Positions 27,849 through 36,994 of a DNA stretch of 64,000 bases are shown here, piece by piece. The notes beneath the pieces were generated by a model. The model was not told where the DNA came from. It did no database searches and saw only the letters and a program-made list of their open reading frames with translations. The stretch spans positions 49,123 through 113,122 of the forward strand of contig CAZNFX010000002.1 of the NCBI GenBank assembly GCA_964572845.1. Reading direction: 5' to 3'. The stretch is from an uncultured Pseudomonadales bacterium (GTDB taxonomy: Bacteria; Pseudomonadota; Gammaproteobacteria; Pseudomonadales; Azotimanducaceae). The translations under genes and the position numbers were made by a program. Every line of letters starts with the position of its first letter. Position 1 is the first letter of the stretch.

Positions 27849-27854
27849 CTCCTT
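27849..27854 (-). promoter_or_regulatory. Shine-Dalgarno AAGGAG for the 64-aa ORF
   Basis: The minus strand reads AAGGAGAAAAAATG. Confidence 0.6.
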
Positions 27855-27982
27855 AGAAAATGCACAGGCAGGGCTATCTGCAGACACATTTGCGTCGAGA
27901 TTTTTGTGTAGCAGCGTGTACCGACCACTACAGTACGTAGTTGGATTAGGAGTTTTCCTTCTGAATCTGGTACCGACAGCAG

Positions 27983-28975
27983 TCAATTGGCGATCGCCAA
28001 TTCATGCAACCGAAACGGTCGGGAAATATGGCGCTGCACAACTCGAGCCATTTCGGAGGGATCCTTCGCTGGACGATCCTGCGGAAGACTGGATTGAACG
28101 GCGACATCTAGTCGCGAAAGCCAGAACGCCGTCGCAGCGTACAGCAGAAACATGGGAAAGAACCAGTATTCCTCGCTTTGCAGTGGGCGTATAGCGTTGT
28201 ATTCCCGGAGCAAGGAGAAGACACGTTCCTTGTCTAGCGCATCCCTTGTTCTACACCAGTCGTTTACAGTCACGGCCAAGTCATACAGCCAATAGCCATG
28301 GGACGCATGGTGAAAGTCTACGACTCCAGTAAGACCATATTCGTTGAATAGCGCATTGTCCCGAAATAGGTCCCCGTGAATGATTCCTTGGGGCAGAGCT
28401 TGAACATCGGATCGGTTCAAAGCGGACGTGATCGACGTGACAGACCTGTCGAGAAGATAGCGCGCATGCGAATCGAGGTGCTCCGCGACTTTGGATGAGT
28501 GTTTGTCCAACCAGTGCGAATCCCTTATGTAGCGAAACGCGCTCCCATCCAATGTTTGGGTGGCCAGGTGCATTCGTGCCAAGAATCTTCCAATTGCTCC
28601 ACATTGCTCTCGTATCGGCGCGACAACATGCTTGCCCTTGAGGCGGGGGCACAGGACAACGGGCTTGGCCTGCACTTTGGTCATGGCAGCGCCGCTACGA
28701 GACCGTACTGTGGGAGCCACAGGCAATCCGTACTCGTAGCATCTATCCAAGATCTCTACCATGAGATCGCGTTGCGACAATCGATCGTCCTCGATTACCG
28801 TGAGCACAAACTCTGAGCTTGACGACTCGTTAGTCGACGCCTTGGTTGTCTGGAGAATGTAGTTGGTGTTTTCGATGCCTTGTGAAGCTGGGAAGTAGTC
28901 GTGAAGGTTCCCTACTTCATACTCCTGGAGCACAGACTCGATTACAGAGCGGCGCAGGTGAGTGATAACTGCCAT
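27983..28975 (-). CDS. thrB: homoserine kinase, protein-kinase-fold type (ThrB type II)
   Basis: APH-like motifs GIIHGDLFRDN and VVDFHHA. Position next to DUF2782 and polA matches Pseudomonas. Confidence 0.8.
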   Translation of the reverse strand: MAVITHLRRSVIESVLQEYEVGNLHDYFPASQGIENTNYILQTTKASTNESSSSEFVLTVIEDDRLSQRDLMVEILDRCYEYGLPVAPTVRSRSGAAMTKVQAKPVVLCPRLKGKHVVAPIREQCGAIGRFLARMHLATQTLDGSAFRYIRDSHWLDKHSSKVAEHLDSHARYLLDRSVTSITSALNRSDVQALPQGIIHGDLFRDNALFNEYGLTGVVDFHHASHGYWLYDLAVTVNDWCRTRDALDKERVFSLLREYNAIRPLQSEEYWFFPMFLLYAATAFWLSRLDVAVQSSLPQDRPAKDPSEMARVVQRHISRPFRLHELAIAN

Positions 28976-28983
28976 GCGGCGAG

Positions 28984-29304
28984 TTAGAACTCTTTAATCG
29001 TCCATTTGGGCACTAGTCGTTCTGCTCGTTCCAAGTCGCCGAAGTGTTTCGTCGGGTCCTCGGGGACCATGTAGTATGGTTTGCCCTTTTTCGGCACGAC
29101 CTTAATGGAGGTTAGACGCCCATTCTGTCGGTATTCCTGAATCGAACGATTCTTCGACTCGATGAGCACAACATCTGGACCCTTGACTTTTTCCTTTTTC
29201 TTCTTGGTGCTTTCGGCCGCCATTGCTGGTATGGCAAGAATGCAGCACGTTCCAATGCAGAATGCCAAGATCCGAGCCTGAATCATATTGAATCTTCGTG
29301 CCAT
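28984..29304 (-). CDS. DUF2782-family exported protein
   Basis: Signal peptide, and IQEYRQNGRLTSIKVVPKKGKPYYMV matches the DUF2782 core. Conserved polA/thrB neighbour. Confidence 0.7.
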   Translation of the reverse strand: MARRFNMIQARILAFCIGTCCILAIPAMAAESTKKKKEKVKGPDVVLIESKNRSIQEYRQNGRLTSIKVVPKKGKPYYMVPEDPTKHFGDLERAERLVPKWTIKEF

Positions 29305-29342
29305 GCAGTCAATGTGTTACTTTGCATATGGGAGAATTTACC

Positions 29343-32027
29343 ATGCAAACCACAAAACCCCTAATTCTCGTCGACGGTTCGACGTACCTGTTCAGAGCGT
29401 TCTATGCGCTTCCTGACCTAAGAACGTCGAACGGACAGTACACCGGCGCTATTCGCGGTGTAGTCTCCATGCTTCTGAAACTCATGAATGACTACCCCGA
29501 CAGCACCATTGCCGTTGTCTTCGACACTGCTTCTTTGACATTTCGTCACGAGATTTTCTCCGATTACAAGGCAAATCGGCCGCCTATGCAGGATGAAATG
29601 GCGCAGCAGATCGAACCTTTGCACCAGATTATCGAGTGTTTGGGCCTGCCTTTGCTCAAGAAGGACGGATTCGAAGCAGACGACATCATAGGGACGTTGG
29701 CGACTCAAGCAACGGCCGCGGGTCGACAGACGATCATTTCAACTTCCGACAAGGACATGGCGCAACTTGTCAACGAGCATGTGACGTTACTGGACACCAT
29801 GAAGGATCAGACCATGGATGCGGAAGGCGTCAAGGAGAAGTTTGGCGTCTCCCCAAATCTGATCATCGACTACTTGGCTCTAATGGGCGATACGTCTGAC
29901 AACATTCCAGGTGTGCCAAAGGTAGGACCAAAGACTGCGGCGAAGTGGCTCAACCAGTTTGGCAATTTGGACGCTGTGTTGGAGCACAAAGGAGAGATTC
30001 GCGGCAAGGTTGGAGAGAATCTGGTAGCTAGCGCGGACATGCTGCCATTGTCTAGGCAGCTAGCGACGATCAAATGCGATGTGGAACTCGAATGGAATCT
30101 AGATGACTTGCATGTCGATGAAATGGACATGGAAGCGCTTACAGACTGGTTCAATCGATTTGAATTTCGAACATTGCTGCGGCAGATTTCCGAAGACCAC
30201 GATCCTGTTCCTAAGCAGGAGGAGAAAGCCGATTGCGAGTTCATTGGCGACCCAATTACGCTTCAGGCTCGGGTGGATGAAGTTCGTTCGACGAGACAAA
30301 TGTCGCTTGCACTACGAACAACGGGCGGTCATGCCTCAGGTTGTTTGGGTATTGCACTGTGTTCAGGTACAGATCGGGCTGCTTATGTTCCGATTGGGCA
30401 CCAGGACGACCAGTTTAGGCAACTGACAATTGAAGTGGTTTGCGACTGCCTCAAGGGTGTTCTTGAGGACGAATCCATTTCGACGATTGGCAATGACCTG
30501 AAGCAAGCATTCAAGTTCTTTAAGCAGCACGGAATAACAATACGCGGACCTCTATTGGATACAAGGTTGATGTCGTATGTGCTGAACAGTCAAGCTTCCG
30601 GTGGCCATCACACTGCGGCTCTGGCCTCCCGCCATCTGGAATACACCACGTTTGACTTTCAGACATTGACTGGGTCGGGCGCAAATCGCGTCTCACTTGA
30701 CCAAATCGGCATACCGGAACTCGCGTTTCCCATGGCGGAGCTGGCACTTGTCAACGCACGGGTGGTACCGGCGCTTCTGAAGGAACTGCAGTCTGACGAG
30801 AGAATGTTGAAGGTCTACGAGGATATTGAAGAGCCGGTCACGAAAGTCTTGGCAAGAATGGAACTCGACGGAGTTACCGTCGATCCGGTTGTTCTTCAAG
30901 AACTTAGTCGTGAACTTGAAGAAAGGATCGGCCGACTTACACGCGATGCCTTCGAATCTGCAGGAGAGAGTTTCGGATTGGGGTCGCCTAAGCAATTGGC
31001 CGAAGTCTTGTACGACAAGCTGGAACTCCCCTCGCCGCGCAAGACGCGCACCGGCGGGCGATCCACTTCAGAGGATGTTCTGAAGGAGCTAGCGGAGCTC
31101 CATCCCTTGCCGAACATCGTGCTGGGTTATCGTGGCGCAACCAAGCTCAAGTCTACGTACACGGATCAGCTGGCAAACTACATTAGTCCCGTTACAGGTC
31201 GAGTACACACCACCTACGATCAAGCCAACGCCGCGACAGGACGGCTCTCGTCGGTAGGTCCCAACCTGCAGAACATTCCGATTCGAACCGGAGATGGGCG
31301 TAGGATACGCGAAGCCTTTGTTGCTCCGCCAGGCCATGTCTTCATGTCCGCCGACTACTCGCAGATTGAGCTCCGCATCATGGCGCACCTGTCTGGAGAC
31401 AGTTCGTTGCTAAAGGCATTCAATGATGGGCTTGATATCCACAGAGCTACTGCGAGCGACATTTTCTCTACTGAATACGACTTGGTTGACGCCTCGATGA
31501 GGGACAAGGCGAAAACCATCAATTTTGGCCTGATCTACGGCATGGGCGCCTTCGGGCTCGCGAGACGTCTTGCGATTCCCCGCAGTGAGGCGCGAGACTT
31601 TATCGAAACCTATTTCGACCATTACCCAGGTGTTCGCGAATACATGGATACGATAAAGGCGAAAGCGCACGACTACGGCTACGTCGAGACGCTGTACGGA
31701 CGGCGCATTTATCTCGATGAGATCAACAGTAGACACGTTCCACGTCGCCAGGGCGCTGAACGACAAGCCATCAATGCACCCATGCAGGGAACTGCCGCAG
31801 ACATCATCAAGCTAGCGACAACAAGCGCTGCTGAATTCCTGGACAGTAGCGGGATCGATGCCAAGATGGTTTTGCATGTTCACGACGAGATTGTCTTTGA
31901 GGTTGGCGAAGACGATGTTGAGGAATTGCAGAGGGGTGTAGTACCTGCAATGGAGAGTGCAGCTGACCTATCTGTTGCAATGGTTGTAGATGTAGGTATT
32001 GGCACTAATTGGAGCTTGGCTCACTGA
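29343..32027 (+). CDS. polA: DNA polymerase I
   Basis: N-terminus PLILVDGSTYLFRAFYA (5' nuclease). Pol motifs RRIREAFVAP, DYSQIELRIMAH, KTINFGLIYG and VHDEIVFE. Start taken at the ATG after GGGAGA. Confidence 0.95.
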   Translation: MQTTKPLILVDGSTYLFRAFYALPDLRTSNGQYTGAIRGVVSMLLKLMNDYPDSTIAVVFDTASLTFRHEIFSDYKANRPPMQDEMAQQIEPLHQIIECLGLPLLKKDGFEADDIIGTLATQATAAGRQTIISTSDKDMAQLVNEHVTLLDTMKDQTMDAEGVKEKFGVSPNLIIDYLALMGDTSDNIPGVPKVGPKTAAKWLNQFGNLDAVLEHKGEIRGKVGENLVASADMLPLSRQLATIKCDVELEWNLDDLHVDEMDMEALTDWFNRFEFRTLLRQISEDHDPVPKQEEKADCEFIGDPITLQARVDEVRSTRQMSLALRTTGGHASGCLGIALCSGTDRAAYVPIGHQDDQFRQLTIEVVCDCLKGVLEDESISTIGNDLKQAFKFFKQHGITIRGPLLDTRLMSYVLNSQASGGHHTAALASRHLEYTTFDFQTLTGSGANRVSLDQIGIPELAFPMAELALVNARVVPALLKELQSDERMLKVYEDIEEPVTKVLARMELDGVTVDPVVLQELSRELEERIGRLTRDAFESAGESFGLGSPKQLAEVLYDKLELPSPRKTRTGGRSTSEDVLKELAELHPLPNIVLGYRGATKLKSTYTDQLANYISPVTGRVHTTYDQANAATGRLSSVGPNLQNIPIRTGDGRRIREAFVAPPGHVFMSADYSQIELRIMAHLSGDSSLLKAFNDGLDIHRATASDIFSTEYDLVDASMRDKAKTINFGLIYGMGAFGLARRLAIPRSEARDFIETYFDHYPGVREYMDTIKAKAHDYGYVETLYGRRIYLDEINSRHVPRRQGAERQAINAPMQGTAADIIKLATTSAAEFLDSSGIDAKMVLHVHDEIVFEVGEDDVEELQRGVVPAMESAADLSVAMVVDVGIGTNWSLAH

Positions 32028-32635
32028 ATTGAAGCGCCAGCTTGGTGCCACATCTCACGGATCGATTGCCGCGCCTGGTCCACACCGGTTCCCTTGAGCG
32101 AAGAGAATAAGAGGGACTGGGCGGAGTTGTGGTCTCCCATCGCCTCTTTCACTTTTTTCATGCAAGCACTTCGCTCGCCCTGTTTCAATTTGTCCGACTT
32201 GCTAAGCAGTGCGACCAACCCTAGTTCGCGCTGCATGCTCCATTGGATCATTTCCACATCGAACGGACGCAGTGGATGGCGCGAATCCATGATGAGGATC
32301 ACGCCGACGAGATTCTCGCGACGCATTAGGTAGCGGTTTACTGCTTCTTGCCACTCCAATTGCTTGGTGCGACTTACCTTGGCATAGCCAAAACCGGGAA
32401 GGTCCACGAGACGTCCCTCGCCGGACTCGAAGAAGTTTATGAGTTGAGTCCGTCCGGGCGTCTTGCTGACTCGGGCAAGTGTTGTTGAACCCGTTATGCT
32501 GTTTATTGCGCTTGATTTTCCTGCATTCGATCGCCCGGCAAAAGCAACTTCAGGAATGTCGTCTCGCGGACAGTTCCGCAAGTGGAGTGCGCTTTTGAGG
32601 AAAACTGCTTCGATGGGTGCGGTGCTAACAGTCAC
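32021..32635 (-). CDS. engB: ribosome biogenesis GTP-binding protein YihA/EngB
   Basis: AFAGRSNAGKSS (G1), DLPGFGY (G3), SKSDK (G4). Confidence 0.9.
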   Translation of the reverse strand: MTVSTAPIEAVFLKSALHLRNCPRDDIPEVAFAGRSNAGKSSAINSITGSTTLARVSKTPGRTQLINFFESGEGRLVDLPGFGYAKVSRTKQLEWQEAVNRYLMRRENLVGVILIMDSRHPLRPFDVEMIQWSMQRELGLVALLSKSDKLKQGERSACMKKVKEAMGDHNSAQSLLFSSLKGTGVDQARQSIREMWHQAGASIQ

Positions 32636-32743
32636 AGAAAGTCGATGTGGGAATGTCGGAGAACAGTTTACGAAGTACAGACCCTGTGTGCCGCTGAGAG
32701 GTCGGCAAGCTCACGGTGGCACTCGCGCCGCCCGGTTAGCGGT

Positions 32744-32752
32744 TGCTATAAT
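32744..32752 (+). promoter_or_regulatory. candidate extended -10 (TGcTATAAT) for the cytochrome c4 gene
   Basis: Read directly, 72 nt upstream of ATG 32824. The -35 is weak. Confidence 0.35.
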
Positions 32753-32823
32753 TGACGCCCTAGTAATGCCTGTTTCGTTCCTTGTGCCCTTCGCGCACAT
32801 TTAAGACCAATCTAGGAAATTTG

Positions 32824-33558
32824 ATGCTTCGTTTGCTTTCGAGGTCGCACACAAGACTGGCTTTTCTTGTGATTGCGGCAATCCTGACCTTGACAGTATG
32901 GACGATGCAGGCAGATACGGAGCAGCTTGAAGTCGACGAAACGATCCTTGTCGAAATTGACGAGACCACTCAGGTTGCCGAAGAGGCTCCTCCCGTTACA
33001 GCGGCTGACGTTATCGATACGGAAGTCGGCAGAACTCTTTCAGTTTCCTGTACTGCATGCCATGGGACTGACGGCAACGCATTGCAAGCCGAGAACTCCA
33101 ACCTAGCGGGACAGAATGAAAAGTACCTGTTTCGGCAACTGCAGCTGATTCAGTCTGGAGAACGCGAAATCATTGTGATGGCCACTCTTCTCGATGATTT
33201 CGATGACGGAGATCTCCGCAACATTGCAGCGTACTACGCATCTCTCCCAGGGAAAATCGGTCAATCCGATCCGGAGGGACTGGAGCTAGGCGAAGCCATA
33301 TACCGCGGAGGCATCCTAGATAAGAAGGTTGCAGCTTGCACGGCATGCCATGCCCCCAACGGCAATGGGAACATGCTCGCTGGATTTCCTCGGGTTTCTG
33401 GTCAGACGGTGGAGTACACCGTTGCCCAACTGAAGGCCTACAGGGAAGAGGAACGCACGACTGACGAGGACTATCGCGGCATGATGCGAGACATAGCCGC
33501 TAAGCTTACGGACTCTGAAATAGACGCCGTCGCAAATTACATGACAGGGCTCTATTGA
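32824..33558 (+). CDS. dihaem cytochrome c4
   Basis: Two CxxCH sites (CTACHG, CTACHA), each followed by a distal Met region. Signal peptide from MLRLLSRS. Confidence 0.85.
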   Translation: MLRLLSRSHTRLAFLVIAAILTLTVWTMQADTEQLEVDETILVEIDETTQVAEEAPPVTAADVIDTEVGRTLSVSCTACHGTDGNALQAENSNLAGQNEKYLFRQLQLIQSGEREIIVMATLLDDFDDGDLRNIAAYYASLPGKIGQSDPEGLELGEAIYRGGILDKKVAACTACHAPNGNGNMLAGFPRVSGQTVEYTVAQLKAYREEERTTDEDYRGMMRDIAAKLTDSEIDAVANYMTGLY

Positions 33559-33595
33559 TCGACGCTGTCGGTTCTAGCTACGAATCGGAGTTGAC

Positions 33596-34282
33596 ATGAA
33601 TCAAACTAAACTGCAAGCTTGGCTCGGCGTTATCTTATTGCTTGCAATCTCTTCCTTCATAAATGCACAAGACAAGTATGAAGCCGGCAAGGACTACCTG
33701 CTCGTTGAGACTCAGGTTGATGCAGAGACCGAAGAGTCATCCGAAACCAAAGAAGACACCGTCGAGGTCATTGAGTTTTTTGCATACAACTGCATTCACT
33801 GCTACAGACTCGAGCCGTACATCAAGAACTGGCTGAAGAAAAAGGGCGACGATGTCACCTTCAAGCGGGAACATCTCATCTACGAAGCAAGCTGGGTGCC
33901 TTTGGCTCGAGCATATTACGTTGCAGAAGAATTAAAGGTCCTCCCGAAAGTTCACGACCGCATGTTTCAATACATTCATGACAGGAATATAAGCTTGAGT
34001 CGTGATGAACTGCTAAAGCGATTCTTTAAGGGTGCGGCTGATGTTGATGAAGCCACGTTCGAAGAGAAATATTGGTCCACGGAGACAAAAGAAAAGATCA
34101 AGTCGGCCGTTAGGAAGGCCAGCGATTGGCGAGTCACGAGCACTCCAACTCTAATTGTCGGCGGCAAGTATCTTGTGAACACTAGAACAGCGAACGGGAA
34201 CCCAAAGCGAATTTTCCGGATCATTGACTTTCTAGTCGAACAGATTCGCCAGGAAGAGACACCCAGAGGTACAAAGAGCTAA
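33596..34282 (+). CDS. dsbA: thiol:disulfide interchange protein DsbA (copy 1, CIHC)
   Basis: Signal peptide, FFAYNCIHCY, and cis-Pro loop TSTPTLIVGGKY. Confidence 0.85.
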   Translation: MNQTKLQAWLGVILLLAISSFINAQDKYEAGKDYLLVETQVDAETEESSETKEDTVEVIEFFAYNCIHCYRLEPYIKNWLKKKGDDVTFKREHLIYEASWVPLARAYYVAEELKVLPKVHDRMFQYIHDRNISLSRDELLKRFFKGAADVDEATFEEKYWSTETKEKIKSAVRKASDWRVTSTPTLIVGGKYLVNTRTANGNPKRIFRIIDFLVEQIRQEETPRGTKS

Positions 34283-34504
34283 CTTCTAGTCAATCCTGGA
34301 CAGCGCGCATTGTTCTAGTGCTTTGATTGTTAGCTTGCCGCTACATTGCTAACCTCCCGCTATAGCAATGGAAACAATACGAGCCGGATCTGGTCGAATT
34401 CGGTGTACACGCACCAGGTCGAATCGCGACCTCTCGGTCTACGCCAACTTTGGTCCATGCCACGGCAGTTGCCCGAACAGCTACCCTTCTAAGGTGAAAT
34501 ATCT

Positions 34505-35212
34505 ATGCGTCTCTGCAAGCTTCAATTTACGGTAGGACTCCTCTGTCTTCTTTTGGCTCAATGCCTAGTTAACGCTCAAAGCGACGAGTATGTGGAGGGA
34601 GAGCACTATGCGGTCCTTCCCACGCAGTTTGAGACATCGACAGAAGAGCGATCGGACGCTCAAGACGACCGTATCGAGGTGATCGAATTTTTTGCGTACA
34701 ACTGCAAGTTTTGCTATCAATTTGAGGCGCACATCGCAGACTGGCTGAAGAACAAAGCGAATGACGTGTCGTTTGCACGAGAGCACGTGTGGTGGTCTGC
34801 TAACCCTACGGCATTGGCGCGAGCCTACTATACCGCTGTTGAGCTGGATGTTTTGCCTAAAGTTCACATTGCAATGTTCAAGGCAATTCATGACCACAAG
34901 TTGAGCATGTCTCGTAAGGACAGATTGTCAATGTTGTTTGTCAACGGTGCTGAAATTGAGCCCGATACATTTGACGAAGCCTATGGTTCCGCCACTGTAA
35001 ACGAACGTCTGCAAGACTGTACTACCAAGATGCGTGTATGGCGTATTGCTGCAGCTGGCACACCTTCGCTGGTGGTTGGCGGCAAGTACCTGATCGATAC
35101 TGAAATGGCTGGTGGACACAGCGGAATGTTTCCGATAGTGGACTATCTCGTCAACAAAATCAGAACGGAAAGAGAAGAGTCCACAAGTACACCTAAAGAT
35201 GACTCCGCATGA
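34505..35212 (+). CDS. DsbA paralogue (copy 2, CKFC)
   Basis: Signal peptide, FFAYNCKFCY and GTPSLVVGGKY. Confidence 0.85.
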   Translation: MRLCKLQFTVGLLCLLLAQCLVNAQSDEYVEGEHYAVLPTQFETSTEERSDAQDDRIEVIEFFAYNCKFCYQFEAHIADWLKNKANDVSFAREHVWWSANPTALARAYYTAVELDVLPKVHIAMFKAIHDHKLSMSRKDRLSMLFVNGAEIEPDTFDEAYGSATVNERLQDCTTKMRVWRIAAAGTPSLVVGGKYLIDTEMAGGHSGMFPIVDYLVNKIRTEREESTSTPKDDSA

Positions 35213-35372
35213 CACATTTACGCAATAGGAGTCTCACGCATCGGTATCTGATTGACACGACTAGTTGGTGTTAGCGCACGAATTTCAATCAGAAATGTCA
35301 AACTAACCTAGAGAATTGCACGAATCATAACTATCATTTGAGCGTGCCCCTACCTCAACAGTGGAGATTGTG

Positions 35373-36074
35373 ATGTCACCCATCAAGCTTTCACTCGGTC
35401 TAGTCACCTCCGTGCTTCTACTTGGTGCTTTGAACATCGGGGCGCAAATCCAAGATGCCGGGAACGAGACCGCGACCTACTCTGAAGGCAAGGACTATTC
35501 CCTGCTGCCTACGAGAATTCAGGTTGGAGATGAAGAACCGCAGAAAGCGGACGGCGAATCAGTGGAGGTCATATCGGTCTTTTCGTATTCCTGTCCCCAC
35601 TGCTTCAGGTATGAGCCAGCTGTTGCAGAATGGTTGAAGACCAAGGATGAATCGATCGATTTCAGACGCGAACACATGGCGAGCTCACGGGCAACGGAAA
35701 ATCTTGCGCGCGCCTACTATGTCGCTGAGGACCTCAAGATCCTTCCAAAGACTCATGATGCATTGTTCAGGGCGATTCACGTATACGAGCTACAGCCTTA
35801 CGGCGAAGACGACCTGCAACGAATATTCAAGCGTCTTGCCGATGTGGACAGTGAGACATTCGGTGACAAGTTCTGGTCCAGCGAGGTTCACGAGAGAGTC
35901 AAAGAAGGGAAGAAGACTCTGCGGGATTGGCGCATTACAGGCGTACCTTGCGTCGTAGTTGGTGGCAAGTATCTCGTTGATGCGGAAATGTCGGATGGCG
36001 AGCCGAGCAGAATGTTCGACATTGTGGACTACTTGGTCTCAAAGATTCAGCAAGAACGAGACCCCTCGGCTTGA
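35373..36074 (+). CDS. DsbA paralogue (copy 3, CPHC)
   Basis: Signal peptide, VFSYSCPHCF and TGVPCVVVGGKY. Start at the ATG after GGAG. Confidence 0.85.
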   Translation: MSPIKLSLGLVTSVLLLGALNIGAQIQDAGNETATYSEGKDYSLLPTRIQVGDEEPQKADGESVEVISVFSYSCPHCFRYEPAVAEWLKTKDESIDFRREHMASSRATENLARAYYVAEDLKILPKTHDALFRAIHVYELQPYGEDDLQRIFKRLADVDSETFGDKFWSSEVHERVKEGKKTLRDWRITGVPCVVVGGKYLVDAEMSDGEPSRMFDIVDYLVSKIQQERDPSA

Positions 36075-36084
36075 ATCAAAGCGT

Positions 36085-36936
36085 ATGTTTTCTCGTTTAT
36101 GCGACGGTGTGTTGCTCGCAAGTAGTGGGAATCAAAACAAGGAACTCTTTAATACACTGTCAAAATTGATTCTCGCAATTTCCTTAATTGCGATGTTCCC
36201 AACAATCCACGCACAACAGTCGGATGGCTACTATCCAAAGTTCACTGAAGCTGACGCTTTGGAATACATGGACTTCTACGAGTCCTACGGCAATAGAGGG
36301 ATCCAGATCGACAAAGAAAACATGAGGCTACTTCTCCGACACGATCATGGCGATGGCGCCAACTCGTACAAGTGCTTTCGTGTCGAAGTAAAAAAGCCTG
36401 AAGACCACACTCTAGAATTTCATTTGCTTCATGAGGAGGGAAGTGAACTTTCGGACAAGTTGAACCAATCGATCAATCACTATGACCATGTCAAACGAGG
36501 ACTCGACTTGGAGAAAGCCTACGGCAAGTTTATGCGATTCTACCCACCACACGATCACTACGGTGCGGACGTAAAAGGTGGGCACCTCATCTTCTCTGAC
36601 AAACGCATCAGGCTAACTGATGACATCGAAACTCACGAAATCGTAAAGATTGAACGATTCACAATAGAGGAAACTGCTGAAGGGATTATCTACAGGGTGG
36701 AAACTACTGTACCGGAAGAGCCTGTAGAGCTGGAGCGGCTCGATCGATTAGAGACGAAAGGTGCCGAGGAGGAGGATCTAATTGACAGCCCAATCCAGCT
36801 CAAGAACGGTCCACCCATGGCCGCCTACTATAGATGGTGTCTTTGGGATTGGTCGGAATTCAATCGATACATTGGTGGGTCTGCCGAAGTAGACTCTGCA
36901 AGACAACGGTCATTACAGATTCTCACGGGAAGTTAG
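36085..36936 (+). CDS. hypothetical exported protein, His/Asp-rich
   Basis: The first in-frame ATG (MFSRL...) lies 11 nt after the dsbA3 stop. Hydrophobic leader LILAISLIAMFPTIHA. HDHGDG, HYDH and PPHDHYG clusters. No family recognised. Confidence 0.45.
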   Translation: MFSRLCDGVLLASSGNQNKELFNTLSKLILAISLIAMFPTIHAQQSDGYYPKFTEADALEYMDFYESYGNRGIQIDKENMRLLLRHDHGDGANSYKCFRVEVKKPEDHTLEFHLLHEEGSELSDKLNQSINHYDHVKRGLDLEKAYGKFMRFYPPHDHYGADVKGGHLIFSDKRIRLTDDIETHEIVKIERFTIEETAEGIIYRVETTVPEEPVELERLDRLETKGAEEEDLIDSPIQLKNGPPMAAYYRWCLWDWSEFNRYIGGSAEVDSARQRSLQILTGS

Positions 36937-36994
36937 TAGGGCATCCAGTCTAATCGCCAATCTCTGTGCATTCGATAGATCAATGGTCGACTAG

